Origin: an uncultured Rivularia sp. | GTDB taxonomy: Bacteria; Cyanobacteriota; Cyanobacteriia; Cyanobacteriales; Nostocaceae | Length of the DNA: 64,000 bases | Assembly (NCBI GenBank): GCA_963665115.1 | Contig: OY762007.1 | Span: 4,800,001-4,864,000, forward strand | Direction: 5' to 3' | Part shown: piece by piece, positions 22,913 through 34,338 of the stretch | Numbering within the stretch: position 1 is the first letter of the stretch | Layout of the letters: the number at the start of each line of letters is the position of its first letter | Position numbers and translations under genes: made by a program | The notes under the pieces: generated by a model | The model's database searches: none | The model's input: the letters and a program-made list of their open reading frames with translations, nothing else | Told to the model about the DNA's origin: nothing

Positions 22913-23187
22913 AAGATGCGGAATTGGGGATGGGGCGTTGGGGATTGGGGAGATTTATTGAGAGTAATAAGTAACGAGTAACGAGTAGTAAGTAGCGAAT
23001 AGGGATAAAAAGTTTACTCCGCTGTATGAAGATAATTTTTACTCAAATAATCTTTCCCATCTTTGAGGAAACCTACTTTTTTACTCCTAACTGCTCACTG
23101 GTTACTGATTACTGTTACCTATTAAGCCGGAAATAAGAATACAATGCTGGTAACTTATATTACTAGAGATTGCGTACTTACGACTTA

Positions 23188-24657
23188 ATGATGCCAATGT
23201 TGTTAAATAACCGCTATCAAATTATTCGGACTTTGGGAAGTGGTGGATTTGGAGAAACTTTCTTGGCGGAAGATACTCAAATGCCTTCTCAGCGTCATTG
23301 TGTAATCAAACAGCTTAAGCCTATTGAGAATAATCCCCAAATTTATCAATTGGTACAAGAAAGATTTGCACGGGAAGCTGCAATTTTAGAAGAATTAGGA
23401 GGAGTAAGCGAGCAGATTCCTAATTTATACGCTTATTTTTCTTTAGAAGAAAAGTTTTATTTAGTTCAAGAATGGGTTGAAGGAGATACTCTAACAGGCA
23501 AAGTTCAGCAGCAAGGTTTATTTAATGAAAGCAGCGTTAGGCAAATACTATCAAATCTCTTACCAGTTTTAAATTTCGTACATAGCAAGCGGATTGTCCA
23601 CCGCGATATCAAACCGGATAATATTATTTTGCGACATAGCGACGGTAAACCCGTGTTGATCGATTTTGGGGCGGTGCGGGAAACAATGGCAACGGTAGTA
23701 AATTCCCAAGGAAGTCTTACCCGTTCAATTATAATTGGTACACCTGGTTATATGCCTAGCGAACAAGCTGCGGGTAGAGCGGTTTATTCGAGCGATTTAT
23801 ACAGTTTGGGATTAACGATGGTTTATCTTTTGACTGGAAAATCACCGCAACAATTAGAGACAGATTCTAACACCGGAGAAATTATCTGGAAATCGGATGC
23901 GGGAATCACCGCTTCATTAAAGACAGTAATTGATAGAGCTATCGCATTTCATCCACGAGAACGATTTTCTACCGCTTTAGAAATGTTACAAGCTTTGCAA
24001 ACAGCTACTCCTTTTCCAGCTACCGTACCTTTTCAACCCCAAGCTGCTACTTCTAACCAACCCACACAGAGTTTATCTCAACAACAAAACACTAAATTTC
24101 AGGAGAACAAATCTAGCAAGCAGTTAGGAATTTTACCCCAAAGTATAATTATTGGTAGCGTAATTGGAGTATTTGCTATTGGTGGGTTATGGTTATTAAT
24201 TCCCAGGAATATTACACCCCAGCCGGAAATTCAAGCTGCTACAGAAACCGAATCTCAAGTTACTACAAATCCTGAACCTCCAGCTATTAAAGAACCCGAA
24301 CCTCCAGTTATTAAAGAACCCGAGCCTCAAGTTACTACACAGCCCCAACCTCAAACTATAGTCAAACCAGTAGAAAATGATTTTTCTTGGCTGTCTTCAA
24401 GGAGCGTAACAGATGCAGATTTAGATCCGTTCGATGGTAAGGGTTTAGATATAATGAGAAATTCTATTTTTGCTCGTTACGGAAGACGTTTCAACAATCA
24501 ATATTTACAACAGTATTTCAACGGACAATCTTGGTATACTCCCAAATATTCACCTCAAGAGTTTCCAATTCAATTACTTTCAAAACTCGAAATGCAAAAT
24601 GTACAACTTATTGATAAATATCAAGATAGAACTGGTAAAAGATTTGTGAAAAAATGA
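23188..24657 (+). CDS. Membrane Ser/Thr protein kinase with C-terminal YARHG-like domain
   Basis: LGSGGFG, HRDIKPDN, DFG, GTPGY; TM helix; PEP repeats; MRNSIFARYGRRF...YFNGQSWY. ATG at 23188 preferred over TTG at 23170. Confidence 0.9.
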   Translation: MMPMLLNNRYQIIRTLGSGGFGETFLAEDTQMPSQRHCVIKQLKPIENNPQIYQLVQERFAREAAILEELGGVSEQIPNLYAYFSLEEKFYLVQEWVEGDTLTGKVQQQGLFNESSVRQILSNLLPVLNFVHSKRIVHRDIKPDNIILRHSDGKPVLIDFGAVRETMATVVNSQGSLTRSIIIGTPGYMPSEQAAGRAVYSSDLYSLGLTMVYLLTGKSPQQLETDSNTGEIIWKSDAGITASLKTVIDRAIAFHPRERFSTALEMLQALQTATPFPATVPFQPQAATSNQPTQSLSQQQNTKFQENKSSKQLGILPQSIIIGSVIGVFAIGGLWLLIPRNITPQPEIQAATETESQVTTNPEPPAIKEPEPPVIKEPEPQVTTQPQPQTIVKPVENDFSWLSSRSVTDADLDPFDGKGLDIMRNSIFARYGRRFNNQYLQQYFNGQSWYTPKYSPQEFPIQLLSKLEMQNVQLIDKYQDRTGKRFVKK

Positions 24658-24743
24658 TTGAATTGAGAATCGGTCATTGGGCATTGGAGTAATTATTTAA
24701 TTCCTAATTTATAATTCTAGCTCTTACAATCCAAAATCTGAAA

Positions 24744-27113
24744 TCAAAAGATGTCTTTACGCTTTTGCAAGCAAAAACTAACGGTTAAATATACTAATGT
24801 ATGTAAACCCAAAATGCCCCAATTCAAAGCCAAGTTTTCCCAAGTTGCATCATAAACTGCTGTTGGTTCAAAAGGTCGAATAGCTGTACTACCATCGGGT
24901 AATTTAATTGCTTCGGGAACCATTGCATTAATATCAATTAAACTACCATAAGCCCCGATTGACCAACGACTTAACATCAACCAAGAAATTACCTTGCCAA
25001 TTCCTTTTATCTTGAATAAAACGCCGGAAAAAATAATTTGAGGTATTAGAAGTAAAGGCAAAGCGCTATTAGCTTGAGAAGCATTTTTTACAACTGCTGA
25101 AACTAATAAACCCAAACTCATACTGGTTAGCAGCGTTAAAAAAGTTGTAATTGATAATCCTAACGTCCAAGGAATAAGTTCGGATTGCGGCGATTGGAAT
25201 AATAACAGAATTACTAATGATATCAATCCAGTCTGCAATAAAGCTAAACCAGCAAGAATAATTAATTTGGAACCGAGATAAGCAAATAAACCTAAATTAA
25301 CTAATCTTTCCCGTAAATAAATAGCAGCTTCTTTAACGATTTCTTGCAACGAACTCGAAAGCCCTACCCATAAAGCCGCGCAGGTAAACACAAATAATAC
25401 CCGTAATGCTAATGGTGCTAAATTAGCATCTGGATTGTCCGGTAAAACAAAAGGATTTTTATCGCCAAGGGCTACCGTAATTAAACCAATACCTATCGGT
25501 GCCGTTAATAGCGCCAAAATTAAATTAATGCGATCGCGCTTTTGAATATGAAAGTATCTTTGTGTAAGAATACTTAACTGTTTTGTAAAAGTAGCGCCGG
25601 AATTACGGTTATCGGCTTTTTTCGGTTTTGATGTTTGATTGCCTGGGCTGAGATGATTGGTTACGTAGCGACGAAAATCTTCTGAGCTATGAAATCTTTC
25701 TGCTTCATCAACGACATTTTCTGGTTTTTCTAACTGGTTATAAATATCAGCAAAGTCTTCGGTAACTCCAAAAAATCGCAAGCATTCAGCGGCAGGGCCA
25801 AAGTAACATAAACGCCCACCTTGTCCAAGAAATACAACGCGATCGCATAATTTTATATTCGCCGTGGCATGAGTCACCAAAATCACTGTTCTTCCTTGAT
25901 TTGCCAACTTCCGCAACAACTGCATCATTTTTTTATCCAAACCTGGATCTAATCCGGAAGTCGGTTCATCTAAGAAAAATAATTTCGGATCTGCAAGTAA
26001 CTCTACCCCAATACTTACCCGTTTTCGCTGTCCCCCACTGAGTTCGCTTATCAAAGCACCCCGACGGTGGGACATTTCCACATCTGATAAAGTTTTTTCT
26101 ACGACTTTATCTACATCAATATCTGGTGGTAATCGTAATTTTGCAGCGTAGGTAAGTACTTGAGAAACCGTTAATTGACGGTGAATAATATCATCTTGCG
26201 GTACATAACCGATTTGAGTACGGTAAATATTAAAGTTGTTGCGTAAATCTTCCCCATTTAGATAAACTACGCCCTCACTTAGCTTTTCAGTTCCCAATAA
26301 AGAACGCATTAAAGTAGATTTACCAGCACCGCTACCTCCTACCAAAGCTACAAGTTGTCCCGGTTCAATCGGACAAGAAATATCGTCCAAACGCCGCTTA
26401 CCGTTGGTTACAATTACCAAATTGCAAGCATCCAAGCGAATTTTATTTCCTTTATCAAGTATCTGTAAAACTGAATTTCGCAGTACTAAACTATACGGTC
26501 CGATCCGAATTGTTGAGCCTTCAGCTAAAACCTTACTTCCAGTAATTCTTTCTCCATCAACAAAAACACCGTTAGTACTGGAATCTCGGATAATATAGCG
26601 TCCTTGAGCATCTGTATCAATTGTGGCATGACGACGGGATACGGTAGGAGCATCCAAAGTCAAATTAGCTTTATCATCTCGCCCCAGCAATACGGAACCA
26701 TTTTTTAACGAAACTGAATGCAGTTCTACCTTGTTATTTGTGACGGGTTGCTGGGGGTTATTGTATTTCAACAACACCTGATTCTCGGGATTTTGTCCAA
26801 TTTGAATTTCAGTTCCGTTAGTAAGTAGAAACCCAGAATCTGAAGTAATGCGACTGCGATCGATATAAAGTCCGTTAGTGCTGGGTTGCTTTCCATCACC
26901 ATCATAGATACGGTAATTGTCTCCTTCTCTGCATAATACTGCTTGGCAACGTCCTATAACCTGCCAATCTCGCGGAGCAACCAAATCTGCAAAGTCAGAA
27001 TCGCGTCCAAATTTATGTTCGCGTTTTATTAATGTCAGGTTTAAAATATGTCCTTGATGATTTAACTCCAGATAAGGATTATCAAGAACTGTAGTATTAC
27101 CTATTTGAGTCAT
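24744..27113 (-). CDS. FHA-FHA-ABC transporter (ATPase plus ABC-2 permease), Rv1747-like architecture
   Basis: Two FHA motifs (FGR...STNG; LGR...VSRRHA...STNG), Walker A GGSGAGKS, LSGGQ, FLDEPTSG, C-terminal TM helices. Confidence 0.9.
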   Translation of the reverse strand: MTQIGNTTVLDNPYLELNHQGHILNLTLIKREHKFGRDSDFADLVAPRDWQVIGRCQAVLCREGDNYRIYDGDGKQPSTNGLYIDRSRITSDSGFLLTNGTEIQIGQNPENQVLLKYNNPQQPVTNNKVELHSVSLKNGSVLLGRDDKANLTLDAPTVSRRHATIDTDAQGRYIIRDSSTNGVFVDGERITGSKVLAEGSTIRIGPYSLVLRNSVLQILDKGNKIRLDACNLVIVTNGKRRLDDISCPIEPGQLVALVGGSGAGKSTLMRSLLGTEKLSEGVVYLNGEDLRNNFNIYRTQIGYVPQDDIIHRQLTVSQVLTYAAKLRLPPDIDVDKVVEKTLSDVEMSHRRGALISELSGGQRKRVSIGVELLADPKLFFLDEPTSGLDPGLDKKMMQLLRKLANQGRTVILVTHATANIKLCDRVVFLGQGGRLCYFGPAAECLRFFGVTEDFADIYNQLEKPENVVDEAERFHSSEDFRRYVTNHLSPGNQTSKPKKADNRNSGATFTKQLSILTQRYFHIQKRDRINLILALLTAPIGIGLITVALGDKNPFVLPDNPDANLAPLALRVLFVFTCAALWVGLSSSLQEIVKEAAIYLRERLVNLGLFAYLGSKLIILAGLALLQTGLISLVILLLFQSPQSELIPWTLGLSITTFLTLLTSMSLGLLVSAVVKNASQANSALPLLLIPQIIFSGVLFKIKGIGKVISWLMLSRWSIGAYGSLIDINAMVPEAIKLPDGSTAIRPFEPTAVYDATWENLALNWGILGLHTLVYLTVSFCLQKRKDIF

Positions 27114-27528
27114 TATTTATATCAAATGTGCTTTTTCACACCAGAATCTTAACAGTATAACTGCATATCGCAATAGGTAATTTATACTAAATATATTTTA
27201 CTAATACTCCACCACATTCATTTTGACGGGTAAAAGTTTGTAGTAAGGGCTTTAGCCCTGATTCGGAGGACTGAAGTCCTCACTACGAACCTATTAAAAC
27301 TAGTAGGACAGAGCATTAGTAATGATTTTGACAATCGTCTTCGATAGTCAAAAATAGCTAACACATTTGTTTTATTTGCTAATTTCCAGCAGCCCAGCAG
27401 ACAAATTTTCTTATACATCGGTTCCCATCAGATTATAAATCTTAACTATACTCGTTGTTTATACAAGAAAATGAGTAAAATATATGACTAGTGTTCCTTT
27501 TGACTTACTAGCGCTCTAATTTATACAA

Positions 27529-29232
27529 ATGCTGCTAAACAACCGCTATCAGATTATTCGGACTTTAGGAAGCGGTGGATTTGGAGAAACTTTCCTGGCA
27601 GAGGATAGCCAAATGCCTTCTCGCCGACTTTGTGTAATCAAACAATTGCGACCAATACAAAATAATCAGCAGGTGTATGAGTTAGTACAACAGCGGTTTG
27701 GACGCGAAGCAGCGATTTTGGAAGAACTAGGTGATGGTAGCTCCCAGATTCCAAGACTATACGCTTACTTTAGCGACAATGGGCAATTCTACTTAGTGCA
27801 AGAATATATTCAAGGCAAAACTCTTACACAGGTAGTTCAGGAAAAAGGCTTGATGGATGAAAATTATCTCAAACAGATTTTAATTAGTATTTTGCCAGTT
27901 TTGGACTACATCCATTCCAAAGGTATTGTTCATAGAGATATCAAGCCAGAGAACATTTTGATTGATATTGATGCTCAACCTGTATTAATAGACTTTGGTG
28001 CAGTCAAAGAAACTTTGGGAACCTTGATAACTCCTTCAGGCAACGCAACAAAATCAATAGTTATCGGTACGCCGGGATTTATGGCAACCGAGCAATCTGT
28101 TGGACGACCAATGTTTGCTAGCGATATATATAGTTTGGGGTTGACTGCAATTTTTCTACTTACGGGTAAAATGCCGCAAGAGTTAACTTCCGATCCTTCT
28201 ACTGGTAAAGTATTGTGGCGGCAGTATATACCCAATGTCAAAGATGATTTCGCAGATATTTTAGACAAAGCAATTGGGTTTGATGCTAGAGAAAGATTTA
28301 AAACTGCCAGCGTTATGCTGCAAGCTTTGCAAACTGGAATTTTAAGCGTACCTTCTTCAGGGGTTTCCCATACGGCTCATTTTTCAGATACCGTCGCTCC
28401 GGGAATAACCTTACCACCCCAAACTCATTTAAATACTCATTTAAATACAGTTGCCATTGCTCCACCATCTTCAATTCAATATAGCGAGCCAAGAAACGGT
28501 AAAGGAATTCTTCTTGGTAGTTTGATTGCAGGTAGTTTAATTGGTGCATCAATTATCGTTGGTTTTGCCTTAAACAAGCAGCCTAAGCAACCTCCAACAA
28601 TTACCCAACAACCACAACCAACCATTACACCCAAGACAAAGACAACTCCACAGAAATTGAACACACCTCAAACGACACCGATACCAAGCGTAATACCAAT
28701 CATAAAGCCGACTTTTACTTTGCCACCAGCAACCTCACCCGATATAACTCCAGATATAGCTCCAGAAGTCCAAACCCCCATCAAACCACAAATTCCAATT
28801 CCTCCTCAAACAATTAATCCCACTCCAGATGTAGAAATTCCCCAGCAAAAGCAAACACCATTATCTCCTCCTGGAGACTTTACACCGCCACCAATTGAAC
28901 AACCATCGCCAATACAAACAGTAGAAAATTATTACTTAAATATTAATCAAGCTCAGTATAAAACCGCTTGGAATCAGCTATCTCAACAATTCAAAGATAA
29001 CAAGCGTCTTCATCCCAATGGTTATTTTTCTTATCTAAGTTGGTGGAGAGGAAAAGTTGAAAATGTAAATATAGAGCAAATCAACATTTTAGAAGCGAAC
29101 ACAGATACAGCTACAGTTGATGCTTCCTTAAGCTATTTAATGAAAAACGGTCGTATTATACCTAGTACCGTGCGTTTCTTCTTGACATGGGATGCTCAAA
29201 ATCGTAGATGGTTGGTGAAAGATGCGAATTGA
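27529..29232 (+). CDS. Membrane Ser/Thr protein kinase with Pro/Thr-rich linker and extracytoplasmic C-terminal domain
   Basis: LGSGGFG, HRDIKPEN, DFG, GTPGF; TM segment GILLGSLIAGSLIGASIIVGFAL. Confidence 0.9.
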   Translation: MLLNNRYQIIRTLGSGGFGETFLAEDSQMPSRRLCVIKQLRPIQNNQQVYELVQQRFGREAAILEELGDGSSQIPRLYAYFSDNGQFYLVQEYIQGKTLTQVVQEKGLMDENYLKQILISILPVLDYIHSKGIVHRDIKPENILIDIDAQPVLIDFGAVKETLGTLITPSGNATKSIVIGTPGFMATEQSVGRPMFASDIYSLGLTAIFLLTGKMPQELTSDPSTGKVLWRQYIPNVKDDFADILDKAIGFDARERFKTASVMLQALQTGILSVPSSGVSHTAHFSDTVAPGITLPPQTHLNTHLNTVAIAPPSSIQYSEPRNGKGILLGSLIAGSLIGASIIVGFALNKQPKQPPTITQQPQPTITPKTKTTPQKLNTPQTTPIPSVIPIIKPTFTLPPATSPDITPDIAPEVQTPIKPQIPIPPQTINPTPDVEIPQQKQTPLSPPGDFTPPPIEQPSPIQTVENYYLNINQAQYKTAWNQLSQQFKDNKRLHPNGYFSYLSWWRGKVENVNIEQINILEANTDTATVDASLSYLMKNGRIIPSTVRFFLTWDAQNRRWLVKDAN

Positions 29233-29537
29233 ATACTTGGATGAAAGCACACTAAATAATACTTGCAATACCGGATTGATCTCTAGTTGATTGCAAGAAA
29301 AACTTTTGACAGGTTATAAGTAAAACTAAAAATACTCTTAAGTATTGCCTTATAATTGCTAATGATTAAATATGATTTAATATTGATGTTTAAATTTAGA
29401 AAATATAAAGTCTGGTATTGCTAGTTTAATGTATAACATTTGCTCGCTACATAACTATTCATGCTTTGTTTGATCGCGATATCTTTTAAATTTTTATATT
29501 ACTTGTAAAATTGTTGTAATAATAGCTAAAAATCTAC

Positions 29538-30104
29538 ATGAGTTCTCAGCAAACTGATGCAAATAACGATCCATCAAAAGCATGGCGTAGTTTACGAGAA
29601 AATCTGATTCTAATTACCATCGCTTTGGTATTAGCATTTTTCATTCGGACTTTCATTGCCGAACCCCGCTACATCCCCTCAGATTCGATGCTACCAACTT
29701 TGCATACAGGCGATAGATTAGTAGTTGAAAAAGTTTCTTACAAATTTAACTCTCCTAAATTTGGCGATATCGTAGTTTTCCAACCACCACCAGAATTACA
29801 GCGTCGCGGATATTCTCAAGATCAAGCTTTCATAAAGCGCGTAATTGCTACTCCCGGAGACAAGCTTGAAATCAATGACGGGAAGGTCTATCTTAACGGT
29901 AATTTATTGCAAGAAGATTATATAAAAGAACCACCCCTACAGCCTTTTCCACTGGTAGAAGTTCCTCAAAACCAGTATTTTATGATGGGCGACAATCGTA
30001 ACGATAGTAACGACTCTCGTTATTGGGGCTTTTTACCGAAAAAAAATATGATTGGTAAGGCAAGTTTCCGTTTTTGGCCTCCCGATAGAATCGGTACGAT
30101 ATGA
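29538..30104 (+). CDS. lepB: Signal peptidase I
   Basis: IPSDSMLPTL, FIKRVI, GDNRNDSNDSRYWG. Confidence 0.95.
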   Translation: MSSQQTDANNDPSKAWRSLRENLILITIALVLAFFIRTFIAEPRYIPSDSMLPTLHTGDRLVVEKVSYKFNSPKFGDIVVFQPPPELQRRGYSQDQAFIKRVIATPGDKLEINDGKVYLNGNLLQEDYIKEPPLQPFPLVEVPQNQYFMMGDNRNDSNDSRYWGFLPKKNMIGKASFRFWPPDRIGTI

Positions 30105-30237
30105 AGTTAGGAGTTAGGAGTTAGGAGTTATGAGTTATTTGATTTTGGATTGGGAGTAGAGAGTAGTAAGTAGTGAGTTGCAAGTTAGTTGAATTATTCT
30201 TCCCCTTGTCTCCTTGTCTCCTTGTCTCCCTGTTCCC

Positions 30238-30777
30238 TCAAAACTGCAAGTAATACATTAACTGAGCGAGTGTTTCACCAGAGAGATTTAATCGCTTTTG
30301 AAAATCAACTATATTAGCGTAGGAACCATAAGAGCTACGATTATTTACTACCGCTTGTGCTAAAGAAGGATCGATAAAAGGTACTTTCAGTAAACCTTCA
30401 ATTGTTGCGGTATTCGGATTCACAACACAGGTAATAGCATCTACAGATTCGTCATCATAATAACCAAAAAGTAAAATTATTTCTAAAGGCTTTAGCCGCT
30501 GTGCCGGTAAACCTAAAGCCGCCGCGATATCTTCTACACAGTAAAATTTGACACCAGTTTTAGCAAGTTCTACAAGAGTTCTAGCTTGATGTATGGACAA
30601 ACCGGGCAAGCGCAGCCAGTCATCAACAGTAGCTTGATTCGCATCAATCCGAATGCCAAGTTGAACCGCGATCGCAATTTCTTCCCCCGATTTTAAACGG
30701 TAATAAGGATCGTTAAGCAACTTAGTTCGCAGTTTTTGCAATCTAGAATTGATTCGAGGCCACCAATTAGGATTCAT
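30238..30777 (-). CDS. ComEA-like helix-hairpin-helix DNA-binding protein
   Basis: IDANQAT...LRLPGL and VNPNTAT...LKVPFI HhH repeats. Confidence 0.75.
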   Translation of the reverse strand: MNPNWWPRINSRLQKLRTKLLNDPYYRLKSGEEIAIAVQLGIRIDANQATVDDWLRLPGLSIHQARTLVELAKTGVKFYCVEDIAAALGLPAQRLKPLEIILLFGYYDDESVDAITCVVNPNTATIEGLLKVPFIDPSLAQAVVNNRSSYGSYANIVDFQKRLNLSGETLAQLMYYLQF

Positions 30778-30965
30778 GGGTAGATTATGGAAGTAGAGAG
30801 TAGCGAGTAGCGAGTAGCGAGTAGCGAGTAAAGAGTAAGCATTAGAGAATGGATGCTTGAGGAATCGAAAATAAGAACGAATTAGTAGTTTACTCCTAAC
30901 TCATAACCCCTAACTTCTAAGTGTTTACTATTCTCTATTCCCTACTTTCTACTCACTACTCCCTA

Positions 30966-31337
30966 CTACTCGCTGTCTAAAAGCTGACGGCGCTTTTGTT
31001 CAAATTCGTATTCGGATATTAATCCATCTTGGCGTAAAGCATCTAATTCTCGTAAATCTTGAGCAAGCGTTTTTACTCCTGAAGCTTTGGAAGAAAAAGT
31101 TGATTTTCCTGACTTACCTGAATTGAAATTACGATCGAAAGTATCTTCGTCTTGAGCCAAATACCAAACTGCTTCAATCGCACAAGCTACTTTGGGTATT
31201 GGTGTCCAAGAAAGTAATACATAAAGTATTCCCCACAACGGCTGTCCCAAATAAAACTTGTGTAAGCCTGAGATTGTTACCGCACCAGACAAAGCTAAAA
31301 TTGCTGCAATACTTCGGCTTTTGTTTTTGGCAAGCAT
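30966..31337 (-). CDS. TM2/NINE-domain membrane protein with C-terminal SHOCT domain
   Basis: GLHKFYLGQ (TM2); LDALRQDGLISEYEFEQKRRQLL (SHOCT). Confidence 0.8.
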   Translation of the reverse strand: MLAKNKSRSIAAILALSGAVTISGLHKFYLGQPLWGILYVLLSWTPIPKVACAIEAVWYLAQDEDTFDRNFNSGKSGKSTFSSKASGVKTLAQDLRELDALRQDGLISEYEFEQKRRQLLDSE

Positions 31338-31848
31338 ATTCCTAATTTATCCACCTTTTTACCTGCATTGAACTACAGAGCCGCTTTTCGGTTACTTTAA
31401 AATATATAGCTATACTCACAAAACGTGCGAAAGTCATATTAGCAAAATATCCTGCTTCGCGTCAGAATTTTAAATTTTATTCGATTTGAGGAAGAATCAC
31501 TTACTGCTAAATTTACTGTAAATAAAAGTACTGCTATCACTAATTAGTTGTGGATAATACGCAATTTAAATAATATTAGTTTTAATCATATATAGTACGG
31601 TAACATATCAAAAATACATTTCTTTCTCTAATTAAATAGAACTGAACGCAAAAATAATTTTCTCAAATAGTTTGCTCGGTTCTATTTAAAGGTGTTTAAA
31701 TATTCTTTACAATTTAATAAAGAATCTAAGTAGAAAGTCACTACTATCGCTTCAGCTTGTTCCCTAGATTAGTTGCGTGGATTAAAATAAAAATAGCAGG
31801 TGAAGTAACAATATATTAAATCTCACTACTCATTTAAATACAAATAAT

Positions 31849-32172
31849 ATGGGATTCTTTGACTCCGACATAGTTCAGCAAGAAGCGAAAAAGCTATTTG
31901 AAGATTATCAAGCATTGATTCAGCTTGGTAATAGCTACGGAAAATTTGACCGTGAAGGTAAAAAACTTTTTATCAGCAAGATGGAAGCGATGATGGAGCG
32001 CTATCGGGTATTTATGAAGCGCTTCGAGCTATCTGAAGATTTTATGGCACAAATGACAGTTGAGCAACTAAAAACTCAATTAAATCAATTTGGGGTGACT
32101 CCTCAACAAATGTTTGACCAAATGAATCTTACTTTAGAACGAATGAAAGCCGACTTAGAAAGAAATCCCTAA
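31849..32172 (+). CDS. Conserved cyanobacterial protein (DUF1825-like)
   Basis: MGFFDSDIVQQEAK...FDREGK...KRFELSEDFMA. Confidence 0.75.
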   Translation: MGFFDSDIVQQEAKKLFEDYQALIQLGNSYGKFDREGKKLFISKMEAMMERYRVFMKRFELSEDFMAQMTVEQLKTQLNQFGVTPQQMFDQMNLTLERMKADLERNP

Positions 32173-32238
32173 TTGAGTTAAGAGCTAAAAGTTTAAACTT
32201 CTAACTCCTAACTCCTAACCACCGCATTATACAAAAAG

Positions 32239-34161
32239 CTATTTTGCTTTGGGACGAGTATATTTTGAAGGCGCTGTAAAACTTTGTGCAGGTACGCCTT
32301 TTAGCGCTCTTACCATAAAATCACGCCAAATCGGAGCTACATCGCCACCACCTGTCGCACCCCTAGACAAGGTTTTATTGTCGTCCCTACCAACCCAAAC
32401 GGCCGTGGTTAACTGAGGTACGGTACCTACAAACCATACATCTTTTTCTGAAGATGTGGTTCCCGTTTTACCTGCTGTGGGACGACCTAAAGCCGCATTT
32501 TTACCCGTACCCCCAGCAACCACGCTTTGAAGAATGTTGATTGTGGAAGCTGCTGCCCAAGAATCTAGTACTAGTTTGGGTTTAGGCGTATTATCCAATA
32601 AAACATTACCCGTACTATCGGTAACGCGAGCAATTACCGTTGTTGGTGATTGCCAGCCGTAGTTAGCAAAAGTAGCATAAGCAGAAGCCATTTCCAACGG
32701 TGTTACTCCAATCGCACCCAGAGGCAAAGAAGTTACAGGTTCCATTGGACTCATGATACCCAAAGTCCGGCTGGTTTCAACGACCTTATTCATCCCGATA
32801 GCTTTACCAACCTTAATAACGGGAATATTTCGAGACAGCTTGAGAGCATGACGAATTGACATTGCACCGCCAAAACTGTTGTCATAGTTACGCGGTTTAT
32901 ACCAACCACTACCGTCACGATAGCTGACTGGAGTATCGTAGACGATTGAATTGGGAGTATATTTACCAGTAGCAAATGCAGCGTAATAAACAAAAGGTTT
33001 AAAAGCAGAACCGGGTTGCCTTTGAGCTTGGGTAGCACGGTTGAATTCACTTTTTTTGGAATCTACACCACCAACCAATGCTTTGACGTAATGAGTCCGG
33101 GGATCTACAGCGACTAAAGCAATTTGGTTTTTGTATAAACCTCGCCTCAACAGTCGATAATGCCATTTTTTGACAACATCTTCTGCCATTTTCTGAAAAT
33201 TAATATCTACGGTTGTTTGTACCCGCATACCGCCTTTTAACAATGCATCGCGACCAAACTTTTTAGCTAATTCTCGCGAAACTTCGTTTGTAATATAAGG
33301 TAGAGCGCTACCTCCGAAGGACCTAATTTTACCCAGCTTAATTTCTTTTTTGAGTGCAGTATCGTATTCTTTTTGGTCAATCCATCCCAAAGTCAGCATT
33401 CGTCCCAGAACTACTTTCTGCTGATATTTAGCTTTCTTCATGCTAATAAATGGACTGTATTGCTCTGGTGCTTGGATTAAACCAGCCATCATTGCCGACT
33501 CAGCCAAATCTAATTGGCTCGCTGACTTGTTGAAGTAACTGCGTGCGGCAGTTTGAACGCCATAATTGTTGTGACCCCAATAAACTTGATTGAGGTACAT
33601 TTCTAAAATATCGTCTTTAGAAAGTATTTGTTCGAGACGAATTGCTAATACAGCCTCAGCTAACTTACGAGTATATTCGCGTCGCTGATTAAGAAACAGG
33701 TTCTTCACCAACTGCATGGTGATAGTCGAAGCACCTTGACTAACTCCCCCGGATGTATAGTTGGTCACAATAGCACGACCTACACCTTTGGGGTTAATGC
33801 CGTGGTGAAAATAGAAATCGCTATCTTCGCTCGCTAGTACGGCTCGTTTTAATTCTGGAGATATTTTTTCCTTGACTACAACTTCGCGGTTAGCTTCACC
33901 GTGTAAACTCGTAAGCAGCTTACCTTTTATATCGTAAATGTAAGTTGTTTCAGAAGGAAAGAAGTTGCGTAGTTGTCTGACATCGGGTAAATTACGGAAA
34001 CTAATTGCTAAACCGACTAATCCTCCCGCTACAATAGAGCTTGTCAGCATCGTGGCGGCTAACAGAGTTCCGCCAGCTACCTGACCGATTCCTTTGATAA
34101 ATTCAAAGCCGGACGAAACCGGAGCCTGGGGCTGCTTTTTTTCAAAAGTCCTAGATGACAC
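32239..34161 (-). CDS. Class A penicillin-binding protein (PBP1A family)
   Basis: SEDSDFYFHHG and GASTITMQL (transglycosylase); GSAFKP, SRN and KTGT (transpeptidase). Confidence 0.92.
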   Translation of the reverse strand: MSSRTFEKKQPQAPVSSGFEFIKGIGQVAGGTLLAATMLTSSIVAGGLVGLAISFRNLPDVRQLRNFFPSETTYIYDIKGKLLTSLHGEANREVVVKEKISPELKRAVLASEDSDFYFHHGINPKGVGRAIVTNYTSGGVSQGASTITMQLVKNLFLNQRREYTRKLAEAVLAIRLEQILSKDDILEMYLNQVYWGHNNYGVQTAARSYFNKSASQLDLAESAMMAGLIQAPEQYSPFISMKKAKYQQKVVLGRMLTLGWIDQKEYDTALKKEIKLGKIRSFGGSALPYITNEVSRELAKKFGRDALLKGGMRVQTTVDINFQKMAEDVVKKWHYRLLRRGLYKNQIALVAVDPRTHYVKALVGGVDSKKSEFNRATQAQRQPGSAFKPFVYYAAFATGKYTPNSIVYDTPVSYRDGSGWYKPRNYDNSFGGAMSIRHALKLSRNIPVIKVGKAIGMNKVVETSRTLGIMSPMEPVTSLPLGAIGVTPLEMASAYATFANYGWQSPTTVIARVTDSTGNVLLDNTPKPKLVLDSWAAASTINILQSVVAGGTGKNAALGRPTAGKTGTTSSEKDVWFVGTVPQLTTAVWVGRDDNKTLSRGATGGGDVAPIWRDFMVRALKGVPAQSFTAPSKYTRPKAK

Positions 34162-34338
34162 GGCTATCTCACTTCCTCACTTGTAAATAATAAGTCTAAT
34201 TAATAAAGGCAGGTCAAAGCGGTTGTTTTTTGTAATTATATTAGTTTGTTGTTTGGAGCCATCTCTATTATTTATAGAGCGATCGCGACTAAGCTTACAA
34301 CCAGAGTTAACACTATAAGTAGTAATTCCTAAATTAGT

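Noticed and set aside
27218..27418. 66-aa minus-strand ORF
   Set aside because: Overlaps a REP-like palindrome in a divergent promoter region and has no recognisable motif.
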